From: Candidatus Bathyarchaeia archaeon
Lineage (GTDB): Archaea > Thermoproteota > Bathyarchaeia > 40CM-2-53-6
Length of the DNA stretch: 44,265 bases
Assembly (NCBI GenBank): GCA_049517415.1
Contig: JBEKSC010000024.1
Location: forward strand, 1-44,265
Direction: 5' to 3'
In this document: positions 36,872 through 44,265 of the stretch, piece after piece
Layout of the letters: every line of letters starts with the position of its first letter
Position numbering within the stretch: the stretch's first letter is position 1
Position numbers and translations under genes: made by a program
Notes under the pieces: generated by a model
What the model saw: only the letters and a program-made list of their open reading frames with translations
Database searches by the model: none
What the model was told of the DNA's origin: nothing

Positions 36872-37939
36872 ATGGACAGGATGCCCGTTATCATGATTGG
36901 TGCAGGACATGTCGCAAACGAGGCTCACATACCAGCTTGGAAAAGAATTCGTGAAGTTGAAGTTGTTGCAGTATACGATAACAATGCCGACAACCTTCAC
37001 GCTACGGCGAAGAAGTGGGGAATTCCACGAGCCTACTCAGACTTTGAACAAATGTTAGAGACGGAGCGACAAGGGATAGTGGACATTTGTACTCCCCCAA
37101 GTTCGCACGCAGATTTGGCTGTGAGGGCGTTGAGACAGGGCCACCACGTTGTCCTCGAGAAACCAATAGCGACGAGTTCACAGGAGACGGAGACAATCCG
37201 CCAAGAATTGAAGAAGAGGAGAGGCGAGAGATTACAGTTATGCGCCTGCCACACCTTTCTCTTCGAACCCCAAATACTCGCGCTGAGGGCCCTTCTCCAA
37301 AGGACGCCAATTGACATCCTTTCCGTACACATCGAAATGCTACATACTCAGGATGAGTACATGCTCTCAGATCGCAACCATTGGGTTAACTCCCAAGGAG
37401 GTAGACTGGCTGAATGCGTAATACACCCAGTCTACATGCTTCGCAACCTCTTGGGCCCATTGACTTTGCGTGACGCCCACTACACGAAAAAGACTCAATA
37501 CAATTGGGTCGATCGCGACGAACTACACGCCAACTTTGACAGCGATGAAAACTTCGGATCGATCCATGTGTCATTCAGCAGCCCACGGTGGACCTACCCG
37601 GTGTCGGTAAGAATTATCGGAAGAAATTCGATAATAACCCTCGACGGCACGAATCTGACGCTTGTGAAGCAGAGTCCCCTGTCGCACGGATACCTACCGG
37701 GAATACCTCCATCAAAGATAGAACTCGCCAAGGACTCCTTGGAAACGGCGTCACAGATACTCAAGTCAACTGCTCAAAACACGTACAGATATCTGAGTGC
37801 GTGGAAGTCCGGCCATGAAACCCTGCTGAGGTCATTCGTCAACAGTGTCCAGCAAGGAAATAACGTGCCCTACGACGCGGAGGAGGCTTGCGAGGCAAAC
37901 ATGACATACCTTTCCCTGCTAGCGAAAATGCAAGAGTAG
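36872..37939 (+). CDS. Gfo/Idh/MocA family oxidoreductase
   Basis: IGAGHVA, VDICTPPSSH, HVVLEKP. Confidence 0.92.
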   Translation: MDRMPVIMIGAGHVANEAHIPAWKRIREVEVVAVYDNNADNLHATAKKWGIPRAYSDFEQMLETERQGIVDICTPPSSHADLAVRALRQGHHVVLEKPIATSSQETETIRQELKKRRGERLQLCACHTFLFEPQILALRALLQRTPIDILSVHIEMLHTQDEYMLSDRNHWVNSQGGRLAECVIHPVYMLRNLLGPLTLRDAHYTKKTQYNWVDRDELHANFDSDENFGSIHVSFSSPRWTYPVSVRIIGRNSIITLDGTNLTLVKQSPLSHGYLPGIPPSKIELAKDSLETASQILKSTAQNTYRYLSAWKSGHETLLRSFVNSVQQGNNVPYDAEEACEANMTYLSLLAKMQE

Positions 37940-37962
37940 AAGATTCGATGACTTCCAAGATT

Positions 37963-38208
37963 CTAGTATTCCTTGCGCATTCGTTCGATCATCTTTCTGG
38001 CCTCTTCTGGCGTGCCATACTTTGCGTCCACACCTGCCAGATCCATGAGGTCAGGCACTCGGCGGACCAGTAGCCCGTGTTCAACCTCCTCAATCAGCAG
38101 ATCGTCACCCTCTTTGATGCCAAGTCTTGTTCGGTGTTCTATAGGAAGTGTTGTTTGACCCCTTCTCGTGACCTTCACCACTACTCCCAACGCTCGTCCC
38201 GGTAGCAT
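37963..38208 (-). CDS. Orphan AbrB/MazE family antitoxin
   Basis: VKVTRRGQTTLP..RTRLGIKEGD; true start probably slightly downstream. Confidence 0.85.
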   Translation of the reverse strand: MLPGRALGVVVKVTRRGQTTLPIEHRTRLGIKEGDDLLIEEVEHGLLVRRVPDLMDLAGVDAKYGTPEEARKMIERMRKEY

Positions 38209-38287
38209 TTGATCTAATTCTATCTTATAGGGGAATTCCTATTCAGAATCGAAATTCCTGAACCACGCAGTAAAAAGCAAGAAAACA

Positions 38288-38341
38288 GGCGCCTTACCCT
38301 GAGCCCTACGTCTCTAAATAGACGGCGAAACTACACGAATT
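38288..38341 (-). pseudogene. Short degenerate relE fragment
   Basis: ~54 bp closely matching 35956-36012 (GGCGCCT.ACCCTGAGCC.TACGTCTCTA..TAGACGGCGAAACT). Confidence 0.7.
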
Positions 38342-38396
38342 ATGAAAAACGATTATCGTGTGTTTCTTATTTTCCTATAAGATCTTTGATGCTATC

Positions 38397-39692
38397 TCAA
38401 GAAGCCTTCTTGGTTGAGTACTGCCGAGGCGTTTGTTTCTTTCGGTAAGGCTTGGCGTTCTTCCATACGGATTCTAGCATCCGACGTATGTTGTGTGCGA
38501 TTGATGGGTCCTCCGTTACTAAGGCCAGATCGTGCGGAGAATCTTGCATGTCAGTAGAGTCGGGGTCGATGTAATGCACCATTGCTTCATCATCGTCCCT
38601 GACCGCTATTCCGATTCCGAATGGACGGTCGACCAAGCGAACGTCAGCGACCCTACTTAATTTCCTGATTGCATCAGAATTGTCATGAGACATATAGCAA
38701 AGTAGCCTCCACTTTGGGCCGGCGAGACGACCATTCCGAACCGAGCGTGCGTACCGCTTGGAGATACGGATAGGCCCGTTTTTCGTTGTGATGTGAATTA
38801 CTCCCTTCTTGGACTTAAGAAGCCAATCGAACACGACCTGCCATATTGTTTCCCGCCCCCAAACGATCCTCGAGTGCACCGCATGGTAATCGTGACCACG
38901 AAGCATAGCCACCCTCGATGCCAACGGAACAGCACGCTCCCACAAAGACTCGAACGAAGCGTAGATTGCGTGCACACAACTCGGATAGTTCGTTACTAGC
39001 TCCGACATCTTCCCAGGCCCCACCTGCGCCTCCGACTCCAAACCTAATGCAACGAGTTTACCATCAATCCCAAACATGTGGACCGCTAATGGCTGAGAGT
39101 GCCTCACCTCAACTTGGGAAGCAAGTCGCTTCGCTTGGTGGAGGTTGGATTGGTCGATGTCTAGAATTACGCGTGCTCTGATTCGGCGTGCTGCAACCTG
39201 ATCCAAGATGAACTTGATATCAGATTTGCTGAAGCCTATTGGGGCGACGAACCAAAGATCCTTCTCCGCTGAGCTTAGTGCATCGCGAAAGTTGTTGCGA
39301 ATGTTAGTCAGTCCTGTTATGATCCGCACTTGAGCTTCACTTGAGGTCTCTTCCTTTCTTCGTATTTTCTCAAGTTGTCCGACGAGATCCTTGGCGTCGC
39401 TTACGATTTCCTTATCGTTTCGCAAAAGCGCATCGGTCAATGCGCCAATCGATTCTTGAATTGCAGATGCGCGGTAACGCACGGGCCTGTCCAGTGTCTC
39501 CTCTACAAGGCCGAGTGAATGAAGTCGCACCATGATGTTATAGACCTCAGGCCTCTGAAGGTGCGCTTCCCGGGAAATGTCAAGAACCCTGCAAAACCCC
39601 AACCGAACGACGGCTAAGTACGCCCTGGCTTCAGCAAACGTAAGGCCCATAAGCTGAAGCTTCGCAGCCAATTGATCGTGACGAGAATTCAT
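38397..39692 (-). CDS. TrmB family transcriptional regulator with duplicated effector domains
   Basis: LQLMGLT..EARAY...RPEVY..L..LGLV...RPVRYRA; two effector domains ending FESLWERA and LESVWKNA. Confidence 0.88.
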   Translation of the reverse strand: MNSRHDQLAAKLQLMGLTFAEARAYLAVVRLGFCRVLDISREAHLQRPEVYNIMVRLHSLGLVEETLDRPVRYRASAIQESIGALTDALLRNDKEIVSDAKDLVGQLEKIRRKEETSSEAQVRIITGLTNIRNNFRDALSSAEKDLWFVAPIGFSKSDIKFILDQVAARRIRARVILDIDQSNLHQAKRLASQVEVRHSQPLAVHMFGIDGKLVALGLESEAQVGPGKMSELVTNYPSCVHAIYASFESLWERAVPLASRVAMLRGHDYHAVHSRIVWGRETIWQVVFDWLLKSKKGVIHITTKNGPIRISKRYARSVRNGRLAGPKWRLLCYMSHDNSDAIRKLSRVADVRLVDRPFGIGIAVRDDDEAMVHYIDPDSTDMQDSPHDLALVTEDPSIAHNIRRMLESVWKNAKPYRKKQTPRQYSTKKAS

Positions 39693-39951
39693 GATGACCC
39701 TCCGCGACGACCCGAACGTAGAAGGACGCAGTTCATGTGGAAAAGTTTCCCAGCTAAATCAATCGAAACTAACCGTAACTTAAGGAGGAGCCTCTGTCTA
39801 TTTAGAGACTTCTTTCAGGATTGATAATTTACCTACATCTGACGTTTTTTCGAGAATGAAATATCAATTTAGTGTATCTCTGCTCCTACGCGTTCATATA
39901 TATCATGAAATATGTACACGAAGTTCTAGTTCACAAGGTGACACTTTCTTT

Positions 39952-40233
39952 ATGCTTCATCTAGAAGAATCGCAGCAACATTTCGGTAACAGGACAAAGG
40001 TTGAGATTTTGGGGAGTATCTTGAAGGTTGCTGGGCACGGCACACTCAAAACCCACATCATGTACAGAGCGAATCTGAGCCATCGGCAGCTGGAAAAATA
40101 TCTTGCCTTTCTAGAAAACAAAGGGCTGCTAATTGAATTCGTTGCTGAGGAGACTGGCACGAACCTGTACAAGGTTACGGAGAAAGGTAATGAATTTCTG
40201 AAAGAATACACACACCTTTCAGAGTACTTCTAA
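39952..40233 (+). CDS. Small winged-helix regulator (HTH_45/COG3432-like), paralog 1
   Basis: RTKVEILGSIL...KTHIMYRANLS...YKVTEKG..FL. Confidence 0.88.
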   Translation: MLHLEESQQHFGNRTKVEILGSILKVAGHGTLKTHIMYRANLSHRQLEKYLAFLENKGLLIEFVAEETGTNLYKVTEKGNEFLKEYTHLSEYF

Positions 40234-40408
40234 CCAGAAAATACTGCTAGAAAACTGGTAGCAACTCTTCCATCGCTGTACTGATTTATAGAGCTCTGGA
40301 TGAGGCCTTTCTCGCACGTTTTTCCGTCGAGGTTTTTAGTTTAGAGATTTCAAGTTTCGTTCGACCGGAATCGAAGAGCGTTAGATTCTTCGTTTCGATG
40401 CAGGATTC

Positions 40409-40726
40409 GTGGAACCGTTGTTGAAGCCGCGACGAAATGTCATTGACGAGTTGTGGTTGATGACGGGCGACGGTCGGTGGCATACGCAAGGTTCGCTTGC
40501 GAGGGACTCGTCGTTCAATCCCGATATGGTTTGGGAGGGGTTGCGGTTTCTAGTGAAGTATGGTTTCGCGCAGTCGTGTGATGGGGCCGTGACTAGCGTT
40601 CGAAGGGCGATTGGGCCTTCCCCAAGGGAGACCGCCCTGATCCTTAACGGCTTTGAGGTGTGCGAGCCGGAGCGTTTCATGCCAAACTGGCGGCTTGAAC
40701 CTACCGTTCGTATGGCAAAGGTTTGA
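40409..40726 (+). CDS. Putative winged-helix protein
   Basis: DGRWHT..SLA......V...LRFLVKYGF wHTH-like pattern. Confidence 0.5.
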   Translation: MEPLLKPRRNVIDELWLMTGDGRWHTQGSLARDSSFNPDMVWEGLRFLVKYGFAQSCDGAVTSVRRAIGPSPRETALILNGFEVCEPERFMPNWRLEPTVRMAKV

Positions 40727-40735
40727 TGCGGCACT

Positions 40736-40748
40736 ATGTTCTAGAATA
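40736..40748. promoter_or_regulatory. Palindromic operator candidate ATGTTCTAGAATA
   Basis: Near-identical to the 42546-42559 palindrome; upstream of wHTH paralog 2. Confidence 0.5.
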
Positions 40749-40819
40749 CTCTTTCACAACTTCCTTTTTAGCCTAGGACGAAGCCTGCATCACCCTCTTA
40801 GGGTTCCAGATGGGATTGC

Positions 40820-41140
40820 ATGGACCGACCGGACGGCCGTAGAAGGCCATACAGAAACCGCATGGAGATAACAGCAGGCATCTTGGAAATCGCCAGGAAC
40901 GGTTCCCGAAAGACACGGATTATGTACCTGGGGAATTTGAGTTTCGAGCTGCTCCAGAAGTATGTGGACCTGCTGAGCAACTTGGGCCTGCTGGAACTCA
41001 CCAAAGGCCCCGAGAGAACGTACGTCACAACCGAGAAAGGACGTCGATTCCTCGAGGACTTCAACGAACTCCAGGAGCACTCGGATATAGTTCACGAGAA
41101 GAAGCGAACTCTAGAACACACATTGAACGTTAAAGTCTGA
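40820..41140 (+). CDS. Small winged-helix regulator, paralog 2
   Basis: YRNRMEITAGILEIA..GSRKTRIMYLGNLSF...TTEKG..FL. Confidence 0.9.
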   Translation: MDRPDGRRRPYRNRMEITAGILEIARNGSRKTRIMYLGNLSFELLQKYVDLLSNLGLLELTKGPERTYVTTEKGRRFLEDFNELQEHSDIVHEKKRTLEHTLNVKV

Positions 41141-41179
41141 GAAGCCCAATCGTCCGACGTCTCATGACAGTGAATTTCT

Positions 41180-41446
41180 TTGAGCAAAGACCAAAGTTAC
41201 GGTTTCGTCATATTCCTACTCTCAATCGTAGTTCTTGTTGGTTATGTGGTTGCGTACTTCGCACCGTTCTTCGGTTTGCCCGTCGCTTGGAGGGAATGGG
41301 CGGTTGGATTGCCGGTTCTGCTTTTCGTTGTGCTGGTTCTGGTGATTTTCGGATGGATAGGTTGGACGATGTTGACGACACCCCCTCCAGCACCCCTAGA
41401 GCATGAACCAACCCCAAGCTCGAACCCAACTGAAACGAAACAGTAG
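41180..41446 (+). CDS. Small two-TM membrane protein (archaeal 'TTPPP' family; DPM2-like pattern)
   Basis: MSKDQSYG..., WIGWTMLTTPPP; two TM helices. Confidence 0.8.
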   Translation: MSKDQSYGFVIFLLSIVVLVGYVVAYFAPFFGLPVAWREWAVGLPVLLFVVLVLVIFGWIGWTMLTTPPPAPLEHEPTPSSNPTETKQ

Positions 41447-41547
41447 CTCATTGTTTTTCGTTGCTGCTGGTGACACATCTAACATGCTCGTGTTTCGATA
41501 GCGCCACATTTTTCTAACAGAAGACTACCACAAGCAAGCAGAATTCC

Positions 41548-41790
41548 TTGCGTTCAGTTCTGCAGGTCAAGCGAAACGATTGGGAGGCCTTCCTTAAGGA
41601 GTTCTCCGAGTTCACTAAGAAGTATGAACTCCTCCTCGGAGGGTTGGATTTGGGTGAGGCGAAGCGCAAAGCCCAAGACCAGAGAGTGAAGCAGCAAGTG
41701 AAAACGGGCAGGAAGGAGATGGGGCGGCTTCAGTCCGCAATCGAAAAACTCTGTAAGGAAACAGAGGATACGTTGCATGGCACAAGATGA
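41548..41790 (+). CDS. Small coiled-coil protein
   Basis: Charged helical ORF coupled to the next gene. Confidence 0.65.
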   Translation: MRSVLQVKRNDWEAFLKEFSEFTKKYELLLGGLDLGEAKRKAQDQRVKQQVKTGRKEMGRLQSAIEKLCKETEDTLHGTR

Positions 41791-42133
41791 AGAGAAACCT
41801 AAAGTCGAACTGTCACTTGCACGAGACGACTGGGAACGCCTCGTATCCTCCCTAGCGAGGTTGATGGCGCTCCAACGGGAAACCCTTCAGAGATTGAAGG
41901 AATTAAGCCGACGAAACGAAGTGTTGAGGCAGAAACTTCGTATAGCCACCTCCGCTCCGACTGCTAGCCGTTCAAAACTCGCCCCGCAACACCGCATCAC
42001 CCTAACGGGTGAACTGAGGACGGAACGCGTAGAGCCTGAACGAGAGGTAACCGCGATAGGGTTGGTGTGTTCATGCGGGCGGCAGCTGGCTTCTGGGGCT
42101 AAGTTCTGCGACCGGTGCGGACGCGCGGTATGA
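41777..42133 (+). CDS. Coiled-coil protein with C-terminal zinc ribbon
   Basis: Heptad pattern then CSCG....AKFCDRCG. Confidence 0.8.
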   Translation: MAQDEEKPKVELSLARDDWERLVSSLARLMALQRETLQRLKELSRRNEVLRQKLRIATSAPTASRSKLAPQHRITLTGELRTERVEPEREVTAIGLVCSCGRQLASGAKFCDRCGRAV

Positions 42134-42135
42134 GG

Positions 42136-42414
42136 CTACTTTGAAACTCGTTTGTCCGTTTCCCGAATAAGCCGACTGATGGTTTCCCGCGTTTTCCTGA
42201 GCGAATCATCCATCTGACGCGAACCAGCTCCCATGTTTGCTTCGAGAGACTCAACCTTAGCCTTGGAGGTTTGAAGGTCCTCGTGCAATTGCTTGTTAAT
42301 CTTCTCAACCTCATCAATTCTCTTGACGAGTTGTTGACACCGCTCCATGAGGGATTGGTTGTCAGCGAGAAAGGCTTCGAACTCTTTTCGGTCGACTGTG
42401 ATCCGTTCAGACAT
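42136..42414 (-). CDS. Small coiled-coil protein (92 aa)
   Basis: MSERITVDRKEFEAFL... with continuous heptads; ATG at 42414. Confidence 0.75.
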   Translation of the reverse strand: MSERITVDRKEFEAFLADNQSLMERCQQLVKRIDEVEKINKQLHEDLQTSKAKVESLEANMGAGSRQMDDSLRKTRETISRLIRETDKRVSK

Positions 42415-42545
42415 GAGTAAGACTTGACCATTGATTGCAATCGTAGTATTTGAGCGATTTCGGGAAGGTGGCGGGTTTGGCATTTGCGTTAGAACAAATA
42501 TTTGCCAATGATTGTGCAGTTGATGTGATGGAATGTTCTCGATTA

Positions 42546-42559
42546 ATGTTCTAGAACAT
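42546..42559. promoter_or_regulatory. Perfect 14-bp palindrome ATGTTCTAGAACAT overlapping a TATA-like CATATAT
   Basis: In the divergent intergenic region upstream of wHTH paralog 3. Confidence 0.55.
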
Positions 42560-42618
42560 ATATCCACAACATCTATCCCCGCCGGCCTAATGCAAACTGA
42601 AGACGTGTGACTGAACTG

Positions 42619-42936
42619 ATGAGCAAGAGTAAACGCCAGTACAGAGGACGCATGGAAATCGCGGCGAACATACTCGAAATCGCCAAAGCTGGTTCGCGGA
42701 AAACCAAGATAATGTACCGAGGCAACCTGAGCTTCGAGCTCACCCAAAAATACCTGCAACAACTCGAAGGCTTGCAACTGATCGAAGTTGAGACGAGTAA
42801 CGGTGACACAGTCTACACGGCCACACCGAAGGGCGAACTGTTCCTCGCAGACTTCTACGAATTACAGAAACACGACAAAATCGCAGACAACAAGAAACGC
42901 ATTCTCGAAGGGGCATTAATCGCACACACACCCTAG
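42619..42936 (+). CDS. Small winged-helix regulator, paralog 3
   Basis: YRGRMEIAANILEIA..GSRKTKIMYRGNLSF; closely similar to 40820-41140. Confidence 0.9.
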   Translation: MSKSKRQYRGRMEIAANILEIAKAGSRKTKIMYRGNLSFELTQKYLQQLEGLQLIEVETSNGDTVYTATPKGELFLADFYELQKHDKIADNKKRILEGALIAHTP

Positions 42937-43187
42937 CTAGGCTGCCTTCGCTTGGCACGGTTTGGCACCACCCCTTGATGGGTGGATCCACCCTATTCCT
43001 TGCGAACGCTTCTAGCGAAGCTGCCCCGGCGGTTGTGATCGTTCGGAAGCTTCTGTGAGAACTGGCGTGTTTCTTCGAGTACTTGCAATATGTCCGCAAA
43101 CAACCATGGTCTTAAATGCTACTCAACTGCATGACCAGTTAGGCCTCGATGCAACTCGCAGAGGCTAAGGTTTGAGGAACGAGCGAA

Positions 43188-44265
43188 ATGAGTAGGAGAC
43201 TCGCCGCTTTAGTACTCGTTACCATGATGCTATTTGGCGTTCTCACCGTTACCGCTCCTGTCCAAGCCCATTTTACACTCGGGGACCTAACCGCCACTTA
43301 CCCGTATCACGCGAATGACTTCGACCCCCATGTAACAGGTGTGATTGGTTATGTGTGGCCTGGTGGAGGAAGCAATACTTACTCAGGATTTCCGAACGTA
43401 GCCAGTTCAGTGCTCAGCCCAGGTTACCAATCGCCCTACCCAGGCGGTAATCCGCCGGGTGCGCCGAGTTCTTGGTACCAGCTTGAGAGCGACGCATACT
43501 CGCCCTTCGGAGCAGTACTAACAGGCTCTACAGGCGACTTAATTTTCGCGATAAACGCGACCGCTGGTTTCGCTGGTAGATGGGGTGGACTGGGCATCCT
43601 GATCCCGCCAGGATTCAGTGTCCCGAACGTACCGCAGGTTGTTTCAACAATAACGAACGATTACTCAGGCATTGCCGTTCTCAGAATTGGGCCATACGAC
43701 CGCTACGCGCCAGGCTGGACTCTGATTGAGATCCTGTCCGACGCTGGGATGGATAATGTGGCGCCGGCAGCTGGACCTTATTATGATCATCAAGCGATTG
43801 ATTTCACTCCTGCTGGCGAATGGTACTATGTCCGGATCAACGGAGTCCTTGCGCCCTCGTTAGCTGGACGGTACTTCTTCAAAATCCTCCTCTACTCCGC
43901 CACACCCTCAATTTGCGGCGAAGAGGGGGTCGGATCCGGAGTGGGACCCCTTCCAGGCGAGAGCTGCTCTGAATTTATTCCAACAGAGAACTGGCCCGTG
44001 CTCCTCGTGAAGGGTGAAGTTGACCCAGCCATCATAACCGGAACACTCCGGTACGCTGGATACAACGCGTCCCTCTACGGCCTACCCATCCAGGAGGCCG
44101 GACGCGTCTATGCGAAGATGACTACCCGCCTCGACCCCTACACTGGACAGCAACGCCCCGATCTACCAACGATTGACGCAGTGGGATACGTGAACGCTAC
44201 GGCGACCGGCCACTATGAAGTGGAAGGTTTAGCGCCGGGCATTTACGACTTGTACGCGTCCGCGG
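43188..44265 (+). CDS. Large secreted/surface protein, N-terminal part (runs off window; absent from ORF track)
   Basis: MSRRLAALVLVTMMLFGVLTVTAPVQA signal peptide; G/P/Y-rich; ends GHYEVEGLAPGIYDLYASA (carboxypeptidase-regulatory-like beta sandwich). Confidence 0.85.
   Translation, partial: MSRRLAALVLVTMMLFGVLTVTAPVQAHFTLGDLTATYPYHANDFDPHVTGVIGYVWPGGGSNTYSGFPNVASSVLSPGYQSPYPGGNPPGAPSSWYQLESDAYSPFGAVLTGSTGDLIFAINATAGFAGRWGGLGILIPPGFSVPNVPQVVSTITNDYSGIAVLRIGPYDRYAPGWTLIEILSDAGMDNVAPAAGPYYDHQAIDFTPAGEWYYVRINGVLAPSLAGRYFFKILLYSATPSICGEEGVGSGVGPLPGESCSEFIPTENWPVLLVKGEVDPAIITGTLRYAGYNASLYGLPIQEAGRVYAKMTTRLDPYTGQQRPDLPTIDAVGYVNATATGHYEVEGLAPGIYDLYASA

Noticed and set aside
42415..42777. Long N-terminal part of ORF 42136-42777 (-)
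   Set aside because: Antisense shadow of wHTH paralog 3 (mirrored by 40790-41095 opposite paralog 2)

Overview
Archaeal chromosome segment, TACK-like and most consistent with Bathyarchaeia (inferred from L14e/L34e, a single-OB SSB, an intron-containing cbf5 and noncanonical tRNA introns). It has three parts. (1) Housekeeping genes at 1-16.7 kb: DMT transporter, DinG/XPD-like helicase, MFS, YchF, bacterial-type MetK, ValS, SSB, archease and a SPOUT methyltransferase. (2) A rearranged S10-spc ribosomal protein cluster (16.8-35.0 kb) lacking L3, L2, S8, L18 and L30 and interrupted by four foreign insertions or units. (3) A decaying toxin-antitoxin patch bracketed by a 75-bp palindromic direct repeat, followed by a cluster of winged-helix regulators, small coiled-coil proteins and the start of a large secreted protein. 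The most striking signal is a tRNA-Trp(CCA) gene (5192-5420, minus) split by FIVE bulge-helix-bulge (BHB)-type introns (10/11, 28/29, 37/38, 45/46, 59/60). Its central intron reads as a box C/D guide for its own C34 and C39. The window also holds a two-intron tRNA-Ser(UGA), a 19-nt BHB intron in the cbf5 mRNA, a CTG-initiated adenylate kinase and a small membrane protein resembling eukaryotic DPM2. All structures were derived by hand; no searches were run.
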